A DNA stretch of 64,000 nt from an uncultured Chloroflexia bacterium. GTDB taxonomy: Bacteria; Chloroflexota; Anaerolineae; Anaerolineales; E44-bin32. The notes under the pieces are model-generated. The model had not been told where the DNA came from. It did not search any database and saw only the letters and a list, made by a program, of their open reading frames with translations. Position 1 is the first letter of the stretch. Each line of letters opens with the position of its first letter. Where the stretch lies: the NCBI GenBank assembly GCA_963710255.1, contig CAVPZJ010000006.1, forward strand, positions 648,826-712,825, read 5' to 3'. The position numbers were made by a program, and so were the translations under genes. This document shows positions 1-8,948 of this stretch, piece by piece.

Positions 1-1
1 C

Positions 2-199
2 GCACGGACCGAACTGCTTGCCAATCCGCGCGTAGTTCGCCTGCGCTTGATCGTGGCCGCCGATGCGTGCTCCGCATGCCGTGAAGCGCAGGGTGACTAC
101 ACGAAAGAATCGACCCCAAGTCTTCCGAACTTGAGCTGCGCACACCACCACGGGTGCCGCTGCTTCTATGAGCCCTACCTGTCCGAGATCTACCCTTGA
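2..199 (+). CDS. C-terminal fragment of an unidentified protein entering from the left edge (Cys/His-rich tail)
   Basis: Own translation: frame 2 is open from base 2 to TGA at 197-199, ending ..DACSACREAQGDYTKESTPSLPNLSCAHHHGCRCFYEPYLSEIYP*. CxxC plus HHHGCRC looks metal-binding. No family recognised. It is absent from the ORF track because it has no start inside the window. Confidence 0.3.
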   Translation, partial: ARTELLANPRVVRLRLIVAADACSACREAQGDYTKESTPSLPNLSCAHHHGCRCFYEPYLSEIYP

Positions 200-229
200 G
201 GGGCCGCGCGCTCCCTTCTTGAGCACCGG

Positions 230-1668
230 TCAACCCGTCGGGGATTCATCCAGTCGGCGTTGAACCCATGCCAGCGCTTGATCCTTATCCAGGATTTCGC
301 CCTGGACCTGGGCTTCCCGCAAATGATCGAGCAACGCCCCCAACTCAGGACCAGGGGAGATTCCAAAACGAGCAATTAAATCATCCCCTGTAACCAGCGT
401 CTCCGGTTCGATCTTGCTCCGTTCCTCGAAGTAAGCTTCCATCAGCATCCGCACCGATTTCAATCGCATGAGCCCAAGCTTCAGTGGGAGGCGCGGGGGC
501 TGCCTGCCCTAGCTGTTGCGCCAGGTAGGCCAATCCTGCAGCCACACCAGAATCCTCGGGATTCACGAAAATAGCGATAGACCGCAAGCGAGTCCAAATC
601 CATGGCCGCTACATCGTCGAGCGCCCTATAAAAACGCTGCAACCAGGCTTCCTCCCGTTGGCTGAGACGCAAGCTGCGGACGAGGGACTGGCTAAGCTCG
701 GGAGGAGGATGCGGATTTCCGGGAGCGCGCCTCGCCATCCCGGCCCAGAAGCCGAGGGTGGCCAGCTCACGCAGGCGCCGGAAGGTGGATACTTCTCTAT
801 TCAAGTACTGATGAAGCGGCAGCCGGAACCGACCAAGCAGCCAGGCCAAGAGGCCAAGCGAGGCATCCAAACCCGCTTCGGAGGAGGGCTCTGGATCCAA
901 AACATCCAATATCCTTCCAAAGGCCCGCAGCCTGGCCAGGTATTCTGAAACCGGGCACAGGTGTGCCGCCGAGTCGGCTTCATCCTGGAGCAGCACCGGA
1001 ATGAAGCCGAACCAGGCCAAGAGATGGATCCCTTGTGCAGGATCCGGCAGGGCAAGGATGCGGAATGTTTCGTCGCGGATCCGCTCTCGCGCGACCGGTC
1101 CGAGCAAGCTCACCCCGGCCTTCATCTGGCCTGCCGTGGCCTCATCGATGTGCAGCCCGAACTCGCAAGCCAACCGCACACCTCGTATCGCGCGCAAGGG
1201 ATCGTGGGTGATGGCAAGCGGATGCGGCGTACGCAGGATCTTCTCCCTCAAGTCGCGCAGCCCGCCTGTGGGATCGATTAAAACCTCAGGGTCTCGAAGC
1301 TCAAACGCAAGCGCGTTGATGGTGAAATCACGTGCCCCGAGATCGTCCTCGATAGTTGGTAAACGGAGTTCCGATAGATCATAGAAGCGCCGGGTATCAC
1401 CGCGAGGATCGACCAGGACACGGACCGTGCCGCGCTCTTTATCCAGCGTAAAGAGTTCCCCGCCGAGCAACCCGGCCAACTCCTTCCCAAATGGAAGCGC
1501 GGGGGCTGAAAGCGTTATATCCAGGTCAGCAGTGGGCCGATCCAGGAAGTAGTCGCGAACAGCTCCGCCAACCAGCCAGATGTCATTGGACCGGTCAACA
1601 TGGCTCACCCAACCCTTGAATGCTGCTGGAAGCGTATTGAGGATGGACATCGAGGATCGGCGGATCAA
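230..1668 (-). pseudogene. cca: CCA-adding enzyme / poly(A)-polymerase-family tRNA nucleotidyltransferase; frame broken twice near the 3' end (fragments 481-1668, 381-587, 230-469). May be assembly indels.
   Basis: The N-terminus has IWLVGGAVRDYFLDRPTADLDI and RDFTINA, the Pol-beta nucleotidyltransferase head motifs. The C-terminal helical part continues in two other frames: ..PEDSGVAAGLAYLAQQLG.., then ..MLMEAYFEE..LVTGDDLIARFGISPGPELGALLDHLREAQVQGEI... The shifts lie in C/G runs near 556-562 and 486-500. Confidence 0.75.
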
Positions 1669-2222
1669 TCTGGAGGGATGTAGCGATCAGGGCGCACGAC
1701 CCCTACGAAGGGCAGGTTGCGATAATACTCGTCCAGGTCGAGCCCGTAGCCGAAAACGAACTTGTTCGGGATCTTGAATCCACGATAGTCAATCGGGACC
1801 TCGGTCTCCCGCCGGCTTTCCTTATCAAGCAGTGTGCATACTCGTACCGATGCGGGCTGGCGGGTTTTTAGAAGTTCGATCACGGAGGCGATCGTATACC
1901 CACTGTCGATGATATCTTCAACGAGCAAGACATCCTTCCCTTCGATCGACGTTTGCAGGTCGAGCGAGATCCGTACTTGTCCGCTCGACTGACGGGCGCC
2001 GGCGCCATAGGAAGAAACCGCCATGAAGTCGATTGTGTGGGGGATCGTCAAGGTTCGCATGAGATCCGTAAGAAACATCACGCCACCGCGCAAGATGCAG
2101 GCCAGCATGAGCGGTTTTCCCTCATAGTCGCGGCTGATTTCAGCTCCCAGCTCACGAATTCGCGCCTGGAGCGCGTCCTCTTCGATGAGTACTTCCTGCA
2201 GGAAATCCTGGTAGGGCTGCAT
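1665..2222 (-). CDS. hpt: hypoxanthine(-guanine) phosphoribosyltransferase
   Basis: PRPP loop VLLVEDIIDSGYTIASV, plus ..LACILRGGVMFLTDL.. and ..FVFGYGLDLDEYYRNLP... The ATG at 2220-2222 (MQPYQDFLQEV) is the plausible start. The longer ORF to 2324 would overlap tdk. Confidence 0.9.
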   Translation of the reverse strand: MQPYQDFLQEVLIEEDALQARIRELGAEISRDYEGKPLMLACILRGGVMFLTDLMRTLTIPHTIDFMAVSSYGAGARQSSGQVRISLDLQTSIEGKDVLLVEDIIDSGYTIASVIELLKTRQPASVRVCTLLDKESRRETEVPIDYRGFKIPNKFVFGYGLDLDEYYRNLPFVGVVRPDRYIPPD

Positions 2223-2223
2223 G

Positions 2224-2796
2224 CTAATCCCTGGGTACCTCGTGATGCTCCCGGCAGCGGGCCTCGTAAAGCTCGTTCGCGCCGATGACGACAACCGGGT
2301 CATCATAGTGGGCCGGCTTGCCATCGATCAAGCGTTGGGTCCTGGATGCTGATCCCCCGCACACCATGCAAATGGCATGGAACTTGTCCACCCGCTCAGC
2401 CTGGGCCATCAGGCGCGGGATCGGACCGAACGGTTCAGCACGGAAATCGGTATCCAGGCCGGCGATAAGCACCCGCACGCCGCGCTCGGCCAGGCTTTGG
2501 ACGACGTCGCAGATGTCATCGTCAAAGAACTGCGCTTCGTCGACGGCAACGACCGTCGTATCTGGCGCCAGCAGTTCATAAATCTTACGCGGCGCCTCGA
2601 TCGGCGTCGCCTCGAACTCAGATCCGGCATGCGAAGCCAGCTTCTCCACACCATAGCGGTCGTCGATGCTGGGTTTGAAGACCTGCACGTTTTGACGAGC
2701 GATTTTCGCCCGGCGCAGCCTGCGTATCAACTCGTCCGTCTTTCCACTGAACATCGAACCGGTGATAACTTCCACCTTCCCACTTGAATGCCGCAT
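2224..2796 (-). CDS. tdk: thymidine kinase
   Basis: P-loop [14 protein letters not shown], Zn-ribbon-like [20 protein letters not shown], and AGGAGG about 11 nt upstream of the ATG. Confidence 0.92.
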   Translation of the reverse strand: MRHSSGKVEVITGSMFSGKTDELIRRLRRAKIARQNVQVFKPSIDDRYGVEKLASHAGSEFEATPIEAPRKIYELLAPDTTVVAVDEAQFFDDDICDVVQSLAERGVRVLIAGLDTDFRAEPFGPIPRLMAQAERVDKFHAICMVCGGSASRTQRLIDGKPAHYDDPVVVIGANELYEARCREHHEVPRD

Positions 2797-2816
2797 CTGG
2801 AAACAACCCTCCTGGG

Positions 2817-2853
2817 ATTAAAATAAATGGGCAGGTGATTGGACACCTGCCCA
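2817..2853 (-). terminator. rho-independent terminator downstream of rpmE
   Basis: 10-bp stem TGGGCAGGTG/CACCTGCCCA (2828-2837 with 2844-2853) and a 6-nt loop, followed on the minus strand by TTTATTTTAAT. Confidence 0.8.
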
Positions 2854-2887
2854 GAGTTTACACGAGCCTTTCGTTCAGGCAAACAAG

Positions 2888-3361
2888 CTAGACCTGTGGT
2901 TCTAACGCGGCCTCGGGAAGCTCAAAGCCTCTGCGTTTCAGAGCCCGCTTTAGATCCGCCAGGCTCTTGCGGCCGAAGCCCTCAATCTCAAGCATTGCCT
3001 GGTCGCCACCAGCCATGCGCTCCAGCGCGTGGCCGACGACTTCGATTCCAGCGTTGGCCAGGGCTGTCTCTGCGCGCGGGTTGAGCTCGAGTTCGGCAAT
3101 CGGGAGCTCAGGCGAAGTCTTCGACGCCTCACGCTCCTTCTCACCTTCGATGTATTGCTGGCGGGCTTCAAGCTTCTTGTAAAACCGATCAACCTGGCCC
3201 TCGGTGTCGACAATCCGCTGTTCACCTGTGTAAAACGGGTGGCATTGGGAGCAGACATCGGTCTGGATCAGTTCAACCGTTGAGCCCGTCGTCCATGTAT
3301 TCCCGCAAGCACATACCACTTTTGCTGCTGGAAAATATGTCGGATGAATTCCTTCCTTCAT
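2888..3361 (-). CDS. rpmE: ribosomal protein bL31 (type A, CxC..CxxC) fused to a C-terminal RNA polymerase alpha-CTD-like helix-hairpin-helix domain
   Basis: [47 protein letters not shown] is canonical L31. Residues about 84-150 ([64 protein letters not shown]) follow the alpha-CTD pattern (E. coli ..[49 protein letters not shown]). The whole protein is in one frame. Confidence 0.85.
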   Translation of the reverse strand: MKEGIHPTYFPAAKVVCACGNTWTTGSTVELIQTDVCSQCHPFYTGEQRIVDTEGQVDRFYKKLEARQQYIEGEKEREASKTSPELPIAELELNPRAETALANAGIEVVGHALERMAGGDQAMLEIEGFGRKSLADLKRALKRRGFELPEAALEPQV

Positions 3362-3447
3362 GCTGGCAAGCCTCTCAATGACCACCACGAAAATCGGCGC
3401 TCCATGGACATATAACGTTGAGGCCTTGGAGACCGAGCAGTGACCGG

Positions 3448-3702
3448 TTAGTTTGGAATGACGTTAACTCGTTTTCGACCTTTACGCACAAAATCGTACT
3501 TAACCACACCATCGGCGACTGCAAACAGGGTGTCATCTCGCCCTCGCAGAACATTCAAACCGGGGTGGATGCGGGTCCCACGCTGGCGGACCAGGATATT
3601 TCCCGAGCGAACGACTTCGCCGCCGAATTTTTTAACACCCAGCCGTTGGGCTGCGCTGTCTCTACCGTTCCGGCTGGAACCCCCGCCCTTCTTATGTGCC
3701 AT
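3448..3702 (-). CDS. rpmA: ribosomal protein bL27
   Basis: [41 protein letters not shown]. Confidence 0.95.
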   Translation of the reverse strand: MAHKKGGGSSRNGRDSAAQRLGVKKFGGEVVRSGNILVRQRGTRIHPGLNVLRGRDDTLFAVADGVVKYDFVRKGRKRVNVIPN

Positions 3703-3713
3703 AGCTGCCTCTC

Positions 3714-4334
3714 TTACTTATCTTTCTTCTCTGCGGGCTTCTTGCTTGCGGTCGATGATTTCTTTGCGGACGCGCTCTTCGTCCCCCCACTCTTGGCGGC
3801 CGGCTTTTCCTTGGCGCTGCCGGTCGTCTTGGTGGACGAAGCCGGCTTCTTGCTCGCTTTCGGCTTCGCTGCAGCCTCAGACTTAGCTGCCGGTTTCTTG
3901 GCTGCTGGCTTCTTGGCAGCCGGTTTTTCAGCGACCGCTTTCTTCGCGGCTGGCTTGGCTTCCTTTTGCGATGCAGGCGCAGCTTCCTGCGCCGCCTCTT
4001 CCGCAGCCGGCTTGGCTTTGCCCGTCACGATCTCTTCAATTTCAACCCTGGTGTAATGCTGCCGGTGGCCTTTCTTGCGCCGGTAGCGTTCCTTGGGAAT
4101 GTACTTGAAGACCACGATTTTCTTGGACTTGAATTGGTCCAAGACCTTACCCTTCACCGTGGCCCCCTTCACCAGCGGGCCGCCGACCTGCACTTTCTTC
4201 CCGTCTGCGATCAGCAGCACGTCATCGAAACTGACCGGCTTGCCAATCTCTAGCGGCAAGCGATCGACCTCGATCGTTTCCCCTTCTCGGGCGATGTATT
4301 GCTTGCCGCCCGACCGGACTACAGCATATTTCAT
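3714..4334 (-). CDS. rplU: ribosomal protein bL21 with a C-terminal Ala/Lys/Pro-rich extension of about 100 aa
   Basis: [41 protein letters not shown] is the L21 core. It is followed by ..[47 protein letters not shown]. Confidence 0.9.
   Translation of the reverse strand: MKYAVVRSGGKQYIAREGETIEVDRLPLEIGKPVSFDDVLLIADGKKVQVGGPLVKGATVKGKVLDQFKSKKIVVFKYIPKERYRRKKGHRQHYTRVEIEEIVTGKAKPAAEEAAQEAAPASQKEAKPAAKKAVAEKPAAKKPAAKKPAAKSEAAAKPKASKKPASSTKTTGSAKEKPAAKSGGTKSASAKKSSTASKKPAEKKDK
3886..3930. repeat. three imperfect 15-nt tandem units inside the rplU tail (encode PAAKK x3)
   Basis: gctgccggtttcttg / gctgctggcttcttg / gcagccggtttttca, read directly from the sequence. Confidence 0.6.
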
Positions 4335-4454
4335 CAGTATTCTCCAGCTTCGCTTCGCCTCCGAGCCTGCGGTTCAGGTACGCTTCGCCGGCGGGAGGGA
4401 AAGATGGCGATTCATACGCCCGCCCCAACCGTTTTGCGGTGGGGCAGACCGAGA

Positions 4455-4483
4455 ATTATAACGGCCGCCCCCGGGGCTGTCAA
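4455..4483 (-). promoter_or_regulatory. sigma-70-type promoter for rplU-rpmA
   Basis: On the minus strand: TTGACA (4478-4483), a 17-nt spacer, then TATAAT (4455-4460). It lies just downstream of the rpoC stop and about 115 nt upstream of the rplU ATG. Confidence 0.65.
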
Positions 4484-4511
4484 CGCTTATCCTATTCGGT
4501 TCCAGTCTCGC

Positions 4512-7500
4512 TCAATCCGCAGCAACCGACTCGGCTGCAGCGGTGGAGAGCACCTCTTCCTCAGTTTCCTCAGGAGCGTTTTCCCGGAATCCGTCGATGC
4601 GCTCATCGTGAAGCGCAGCCTCGGTACCCGGGAACCCTGTCCCTGCTGGAATGAGCTTGCCGATAATCACGTTCTCCTTCAAGCCGCGCAGGTAATCAAC
4701 TTTTCCTTCGATCGCAGCGCGCGCCAGAACCTTAATCGTGTGTTGGAAGGAGGAAGCGGAGAGGAAGGATTCAGTCTCCAGCGAAGCCTTCGTCACCCCG
4801 AGCAGGATCTGCATCGCCTTGGCCGGTGCTTTCCCCTCAGCCAACATGCCTTCATTCAAGCGCTGCAAGTAGCGCCGATCCACAAGATCGCCAGGCAGCC
4901 GGCCGGTATCTCCAGGCTGCGTGATCTGCACCTTCGAAAGCATCTTGCGGATGATGACCTCGAAGTGCTTGTCGTTGATGTTCTGGCCTTGTGAGCGGTA
5001 AACCTTCTGAACCTCGGTGAGCAAGTACAGCTCAGCCGCCTCACGCCCTAAGATGCGCAGGATGCGGTGCGGGTTTAACGAACCCTCGGTCAGCTGCTTG
5101 CCGGCTTCGATCTTGTCACCCTCTTTGACCAACAGTCGGGCGCTGGCAGCAATCTCATACTCCGCCTCGTCGATCTGGTCATAGGACACGATCACCTTGC
5201 GGTCGTCCAGGCGTACGCGGCCTCCGTGGCTGGCTGTAATCTCCAAGTCGCCCCGGCTTGCGATAAGCGCACCCGTTTCGATCTCGGTTTCGTCCTCGAC
5301 CTTCAAGGCCCAGTTGCCGGGCACGTTGTATTCATCCTTCAAGAGTTCGCTGTGGAAGATGCGGACGATCCTTGGGCCATCCGGGACCTCCGGGCTTACC
5401 ACGCGGACCGTCCCGGCGATCTCGGAGATCACCGCTTCACCCTTGGGTTTCTTGCGCGCCTCGAAGAGTTCCTCGACGCGCGGGAGACCCGTCGTGATGT
5501 CGCCCCCGGCCGCAACGCCACCGGTGTGGAAGGTCCGCAGCGTAAGCTGGGTGCCCGGCTCGCCGATCGATTGTGCAGCCACGATGCCGACTGCCGCGCC
5601 GAGCTCTACCATCTTTCCACGACCGAGGTCCATCCCGTAGCACTGCTTGCACATCCCGAACTGCAGGTCACAGGTCAGCGGAGATCGAACAAAGACCTCC
5701 TGGGCACCTGATTCCTGGATCATTTTTGCCCGTTCCAGGTTGACCTGCTGGCCGCCCTTAAGCAGGACCTCGCCAGTATCCGGATCTACGATGCGGCGGG
5801 CGATCACCCGTCCGAACAGACGAGAAGCATAATCCTGCCCAGCCACATCGTCGGAACGGCGGATCCAGATGCCGCGCTGGGTCATGCAGTCCTCGGCGTT
5901 GATGATCACATCCTGGGCAACATCGACCAGGCGGCGGGTTAGATAGCCGGCGTCAGCCGTACGCAAGGCCGTATCCGTTAGACCCTTCCTTGCGCCGTGG
6001 GTTGAGATGAAGTATTCCAGCGTGGTCAAACCATCACGGAAGGAGGAGCGGATGGGGTGCGCGATGATGCGCCCCGCCGGGTCAGCCATCAACCCACGCA
6101 TCCCGGCCAGCTGCGAGATGGGCTGGAAACCACCCTTCGTCGCGCCAGAAATCGCCATCGTGCTCAGGTTGCCGGCCGGATCCATGACGGCCCGAACGGC
6201 ATCCGCCACCTCGGCGGTAGTGCGCTGCCAGAGCTCGATAATCCGTTCAGTTTGTTCCTGTTCGGTGAGCAGGCCCCGGCGGTAATCCTGCCGGACGGCT
6301 TCGGTCTCCTCCAGAGTCTGGTTGATGATCGCTTCCTTGTTAGAGGGGACGGTGATATCCGATACCGCGATCGTGGTCCCCGACCGGGTGGCATAGGCGA
6401 AGCCGATGTCCTTGATCGCGTCCACGATGGCCGGTGTCCCGGCTTCACGCAGGAGCAGGTAAATTTCCCCGACCAGTTCCTGGATGGCTCCCTTATCGAG
6501 CACCCGGTTCACGAAGCGCATCTCTTCCGGCAGGACACGGTTGAAGAGCACGCGCCCGACGGTGGTCTCAATCACCTTCTCGACTGGCTCTTTCAAGCGC
6601 AGCCCGTCCTCGTCATACCACGTCTTCCCCAGGATCTTGATCGGGGCATGGATGCTGACGTTGCCCAGGGCGTAGGCCATCTCGACCTCGTCCATGTCCG
6701 AAAAAGCTTTTCCAGCGCCGACATGCTCGCGCCCATCATCGGTCATGGTCAGGTAGTAGACCCCTAGCACCATGTCCTTGGTCGGGCCGACGACAGGTTC
6801 GCCATCCGCTGGTTTGAGCAGGTTGACGCTCGAAAGCATGAGCTCACGCGCTTCCGTCACAGCCCGCTGGGATAGTGGGAGATGCACTGACATCTGGTCA
6901 CCGTCGAAGTCGGCGTTGAATGCCGCGCACACCAGCGGGTGGAGCTGGATTGCCTTGCCTTCAACCAACACGGGCTCGAAGGCCTGGATGCCGAGGCGAT
7001 GGAGTGTTGGCGCTCGGTTGAGCAGGACTGGGCGGTCCTTGATGACTTCCTCGAGGACTTCCCAGACCTCGGGCCGCTCGCGCTCGATGATGCGTTTCGC
7101 GCCCTTCACATTGGCTGCATAGTTGTAAGCCACGAGCTTAGAGATGACAAATGGCCGGTAGAGCTCCAGCGCCATCGTCTTCGGAAGGCCACATTGGAAG
7201 AGCTTGAGGTGCGGGCCGATGACGATCACCGACCGCCCCGAGTAATCCACGCGTTTGCCCAGCAGGTTGCGGCGGAAGCGACCCTTCTTACCTTTCAGCA
7301 TATCGCTGAGCGATTTGAGCTCCCGCCGACCGCGCCGTGAAAGCGCCTTGCCTCGCTGCGAGTTGTCGATCAACGAATCAACCGCTTCCTGGAGCATGCG
7401 TTTTTCATTGCGCACGATAACGTCAGGCGCGCCAAGCTCAACCAGGCGCTTGAGGCGGTTGTTGCGGTTGATCACCCGGCGGTACAGGTCGTTCAAGTCC

Positions 7501-8789
7501 GAAGTGGCAAAACGACCGCCGTCCAACTGAACCATCGGGCGCAAATCCGGCGGGATTACCGGGAGGACGGTGAGCACCATCCACTCCGGCAGGTTATCCG
7601 AACGGCGGAAAGCTTCGACTACCTTTAGACGCTTGGTGGCTTTCTTCTTGCGCTGTTTGCTCTTGGTGGTACGGACTTCCTGCCATAACTCGACCGCTAG
7701 CTCTTCGAGGTTGATCTGCTGCAAAATCTCGAAGAACGCCTCGGCTCCCATGTCGGCCCGGAAGACCTGGCCCCATTTCGATTTCAAGTCCCGGAAATTC
7801 GTCTCACCAAGGAACATCATCGGTGCGATCGATAGCAGCTCCTCCCGGTCCTGTTCAAGCTGGTCGCGCTCGGCCGCATTGGCCTCAAAGACCGAGTCTT
7901 CCAATTGAGCCAGCGCCAGGTCGGCCTCAGCCTTGACCTGTTCGATCTCGAGTTTGAGCGCTTCGAGTTCCTGGTCCCGAACCTTTTTCAGGCTCAATTC
8001 AACTTCATCCAGGTGGGATTTGACGGCTTTCTGCACCATGCTTAGATGCTGTTTGCCGATCGTGTCGCCCTTCTCGGCGATCAGCGTGTCGAGTGCTTCA
8101 AACTTGATCGCCGCCCGGATGGTCTTATCCTGTTTCTCGCTCAGGCTTTTCTCCAGGCGCTGTCCTTCGCGCATGACCGGGTCGATTTGCTCGGCCACGT
8201 CCTCATCATGCTTCGCCTGGATTTCCTTCTTACGGGCATCGAGCTCTTCCAGTGCCTGCTTTCGCCCGGATTTGATTTCTGCTTCGCGATCCTTCAGCGC
8301 CTGGGCGGCATCCTTGTTCAGTGCCGCGATTTCCTCTTCCAGGCGCTTCAATGCTTTCTTGCGGGAATCCTCATCGACGTAGGTCACCACATACTGCGCG
8401 AAATAGAGCACCCTGTCCAGGTTGCGGCGCGAGATATCCAGCAGCAGGCCGAGGTGAGAAGGCACGCGGCGGGTGTACCAGACGTGTGCGACAGGGGCGG
8501 CCAGGGCAATGTGCCCCATGCGTTCGCGCCGGACGGCGGAGCGCGTTACTTCGACCCCGCATTTCTCGCAGGTGATCCCCTTGAAGCGGATGTTCTTGTA
8601 CTTGCCGCAGTAACACTGCCAGTCTTTCGTTGGGCCGAAGATGGCCTCGCAAAAAAGGCCGTCCTTCTCGGGCCGCAGCCGGCGGTAGTTGATCGTTTCC
8701 GGCTTGAGGACCTCACCATGAGACCAATTCCGGATGGTCTCTGGAGAAGCGAGGCTGATACGCAGTGCACGAAATCCTTTAGAATCCAC
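4512..8789 (-). CDS. rpoC: DNA-directed RNA polymerase subunit beta'
   Basis: Zn finger CYCGKY..CEKCGVEV, catalytic NADFDGDQM, and trigger-loop and bridge regions are present. The GTG at 8787-8789 is preceded by GGAGG at 6-nt spacing. The ORF-track start at 8837 is a TTG without an RBS. Confidence 0.95.
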   Translation of the reverse strand: MDSKGFRALRISLASPETIRNWSHGEVLKPETINYRRLRPEKDGLFCEAIFGPTKDWQCYCGKYKNIRFKGITCEKCGVEVTRSAVRRERMGHIALAAPVAHVWYTRRVPSHLGLLLDISRRNLDRVLYFAQYVVTYVDEDSRKKALKRLEEEIAALNKDAAQALKDREAEIKSGRKQALEELDARKKEIQAKHDEDVAEQIDPVMREGQRLEKSLSEKQDKTIRAAIKFEALDTLIAEKGDTIGKQHLSMVQKAVKSHLDEVELSLKKVRDQELEALKLEIEQVKAEADLALAQLEDSVFEANAAERDQLEQDREELLSIAPMMFLGETNFRDLKSKWGQVFRADMGAEAFFEILQQINLEELAVELWQEVRTTKSKQRKKKATKRLKVVEAFRRSDNLPEWMVLTVLPVIPPDLRPMVQLDGGRFATSDLNDLYRRVINRNNRLKRLVELGAPDVIVRNEKRMLQEAVDSLIDNSQRGKALSRRGRRELKSLSDMLKGKKGRFRRNLLGKRVDYSGRSVIVIGPHLKLFQCGLPKTMALELYRPFVISKLVAYNYAANVKGAKRIIERERPEVWEVLEEVIKDRPVLLNRAPTLHRLGIQAFEPVLVEGKAIQLHPLVCAAFNADFDGDQMSVHLPLSQRAVTEARELMLSSVNLLKPADGEPVVGPTKDMVLGVYYLTMTDDGREHVGAGKAFSDMDEVEMAYALGNVSIHAPIKILGKTWYDEDGLRLKEPVEKVIETTVGRVLFNRVLPEEMRFVNRVLDKGAIQELVGEIYLLLREAGTPAIVDAIKDIGFAYATRSGTTIAVSDITVPSNKEAIINQTLEETEAVRQDYRRGLLTEQEQTERIIELWQRTTAEVADAVRAVMDPAGNLSTMAISGATKGGFQPISQLAGMRGLMADPAGRIIAHPIRSSFRDGLTTLEYFISTHGARKGLTDTALRTADAGYLTRRLVDVAQDVIINAEDCMTQRGIWIRRSDDVAGQDYASRLFGRVIARRIVDPDTGEVLLKGGQQVNLERAKMIQESGAQEVFVRSPLTCDLQFGMCKQCYGMDLGRGKMVELGAAVGIVAAQSIGEPGTQLTLRTFHTGGVAAGGDITTGLPRVEELFEARKKPKGEAVISEIAGTVRVVSPEVPDGPRIVRIFHSELLKDEYNVPGNWALKVEDETEIETGALIASRGDLEITASHGGRVRLDDRKVIVSYDQIDEAEYEIAASARLLVKEGDKIEAGKQLTEGSLNPHRILRILGREAAELYLLTEVQKVYRSQGQNINDKHFEVIIRKMLSKVQITQPGDTGRLPGDLVDRRYLQRLNEGMLAEGKAPAKAMQILLGVTKASLETESFLSASSFQHTIKVLARAAIEGKVDYLRGLKENVIIGKLIPAGTGFPGTEAALHDERIDGFRENAPEETEEEVLSTAAAESVAAD

Positions 8790-8871
8790 CCGATACCTCC
8801 GTCGCGACGCGCGATGGCCACTGATTGATGGTGCCAATATACTCGAACATTCGTGCTACTCGGAAGACATG

Positions 8872-8909
8872 CAAAAACAAGCGCATAAGACGTTTTTCGC
8901 CTCAAGCGC
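8872..8909 (-). terminator. terminator-like hairpin plus U-tract between the upstream hypothetical gene and rpoC (terminator or leader attenuator)
   Basis: Minus strand GCGCTTGAGGCG-AAAAA-CGTCTTATGCGC: 12 positions, of which 9 are Watson-Crick, 2 are G-U and 1 is a mismatch. It is followed by TTGTTTTTGC. Confidence 0.55.
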
Positions 8910-8948
8910 TCTTACCCGCCGACCGTTCGTATTCAAGATACGAGGGGA

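Noticed and set aside
8790-8837. The ORF-track start of rpoC at 8837.
   Set aside because: That codon is a TTG with no SD upstream. The in-frame GTG at 8789 follows GGAGG at 6-nt spacing and aligns with where conserved beta' sequence (..FRALRISLASPE..) begins.
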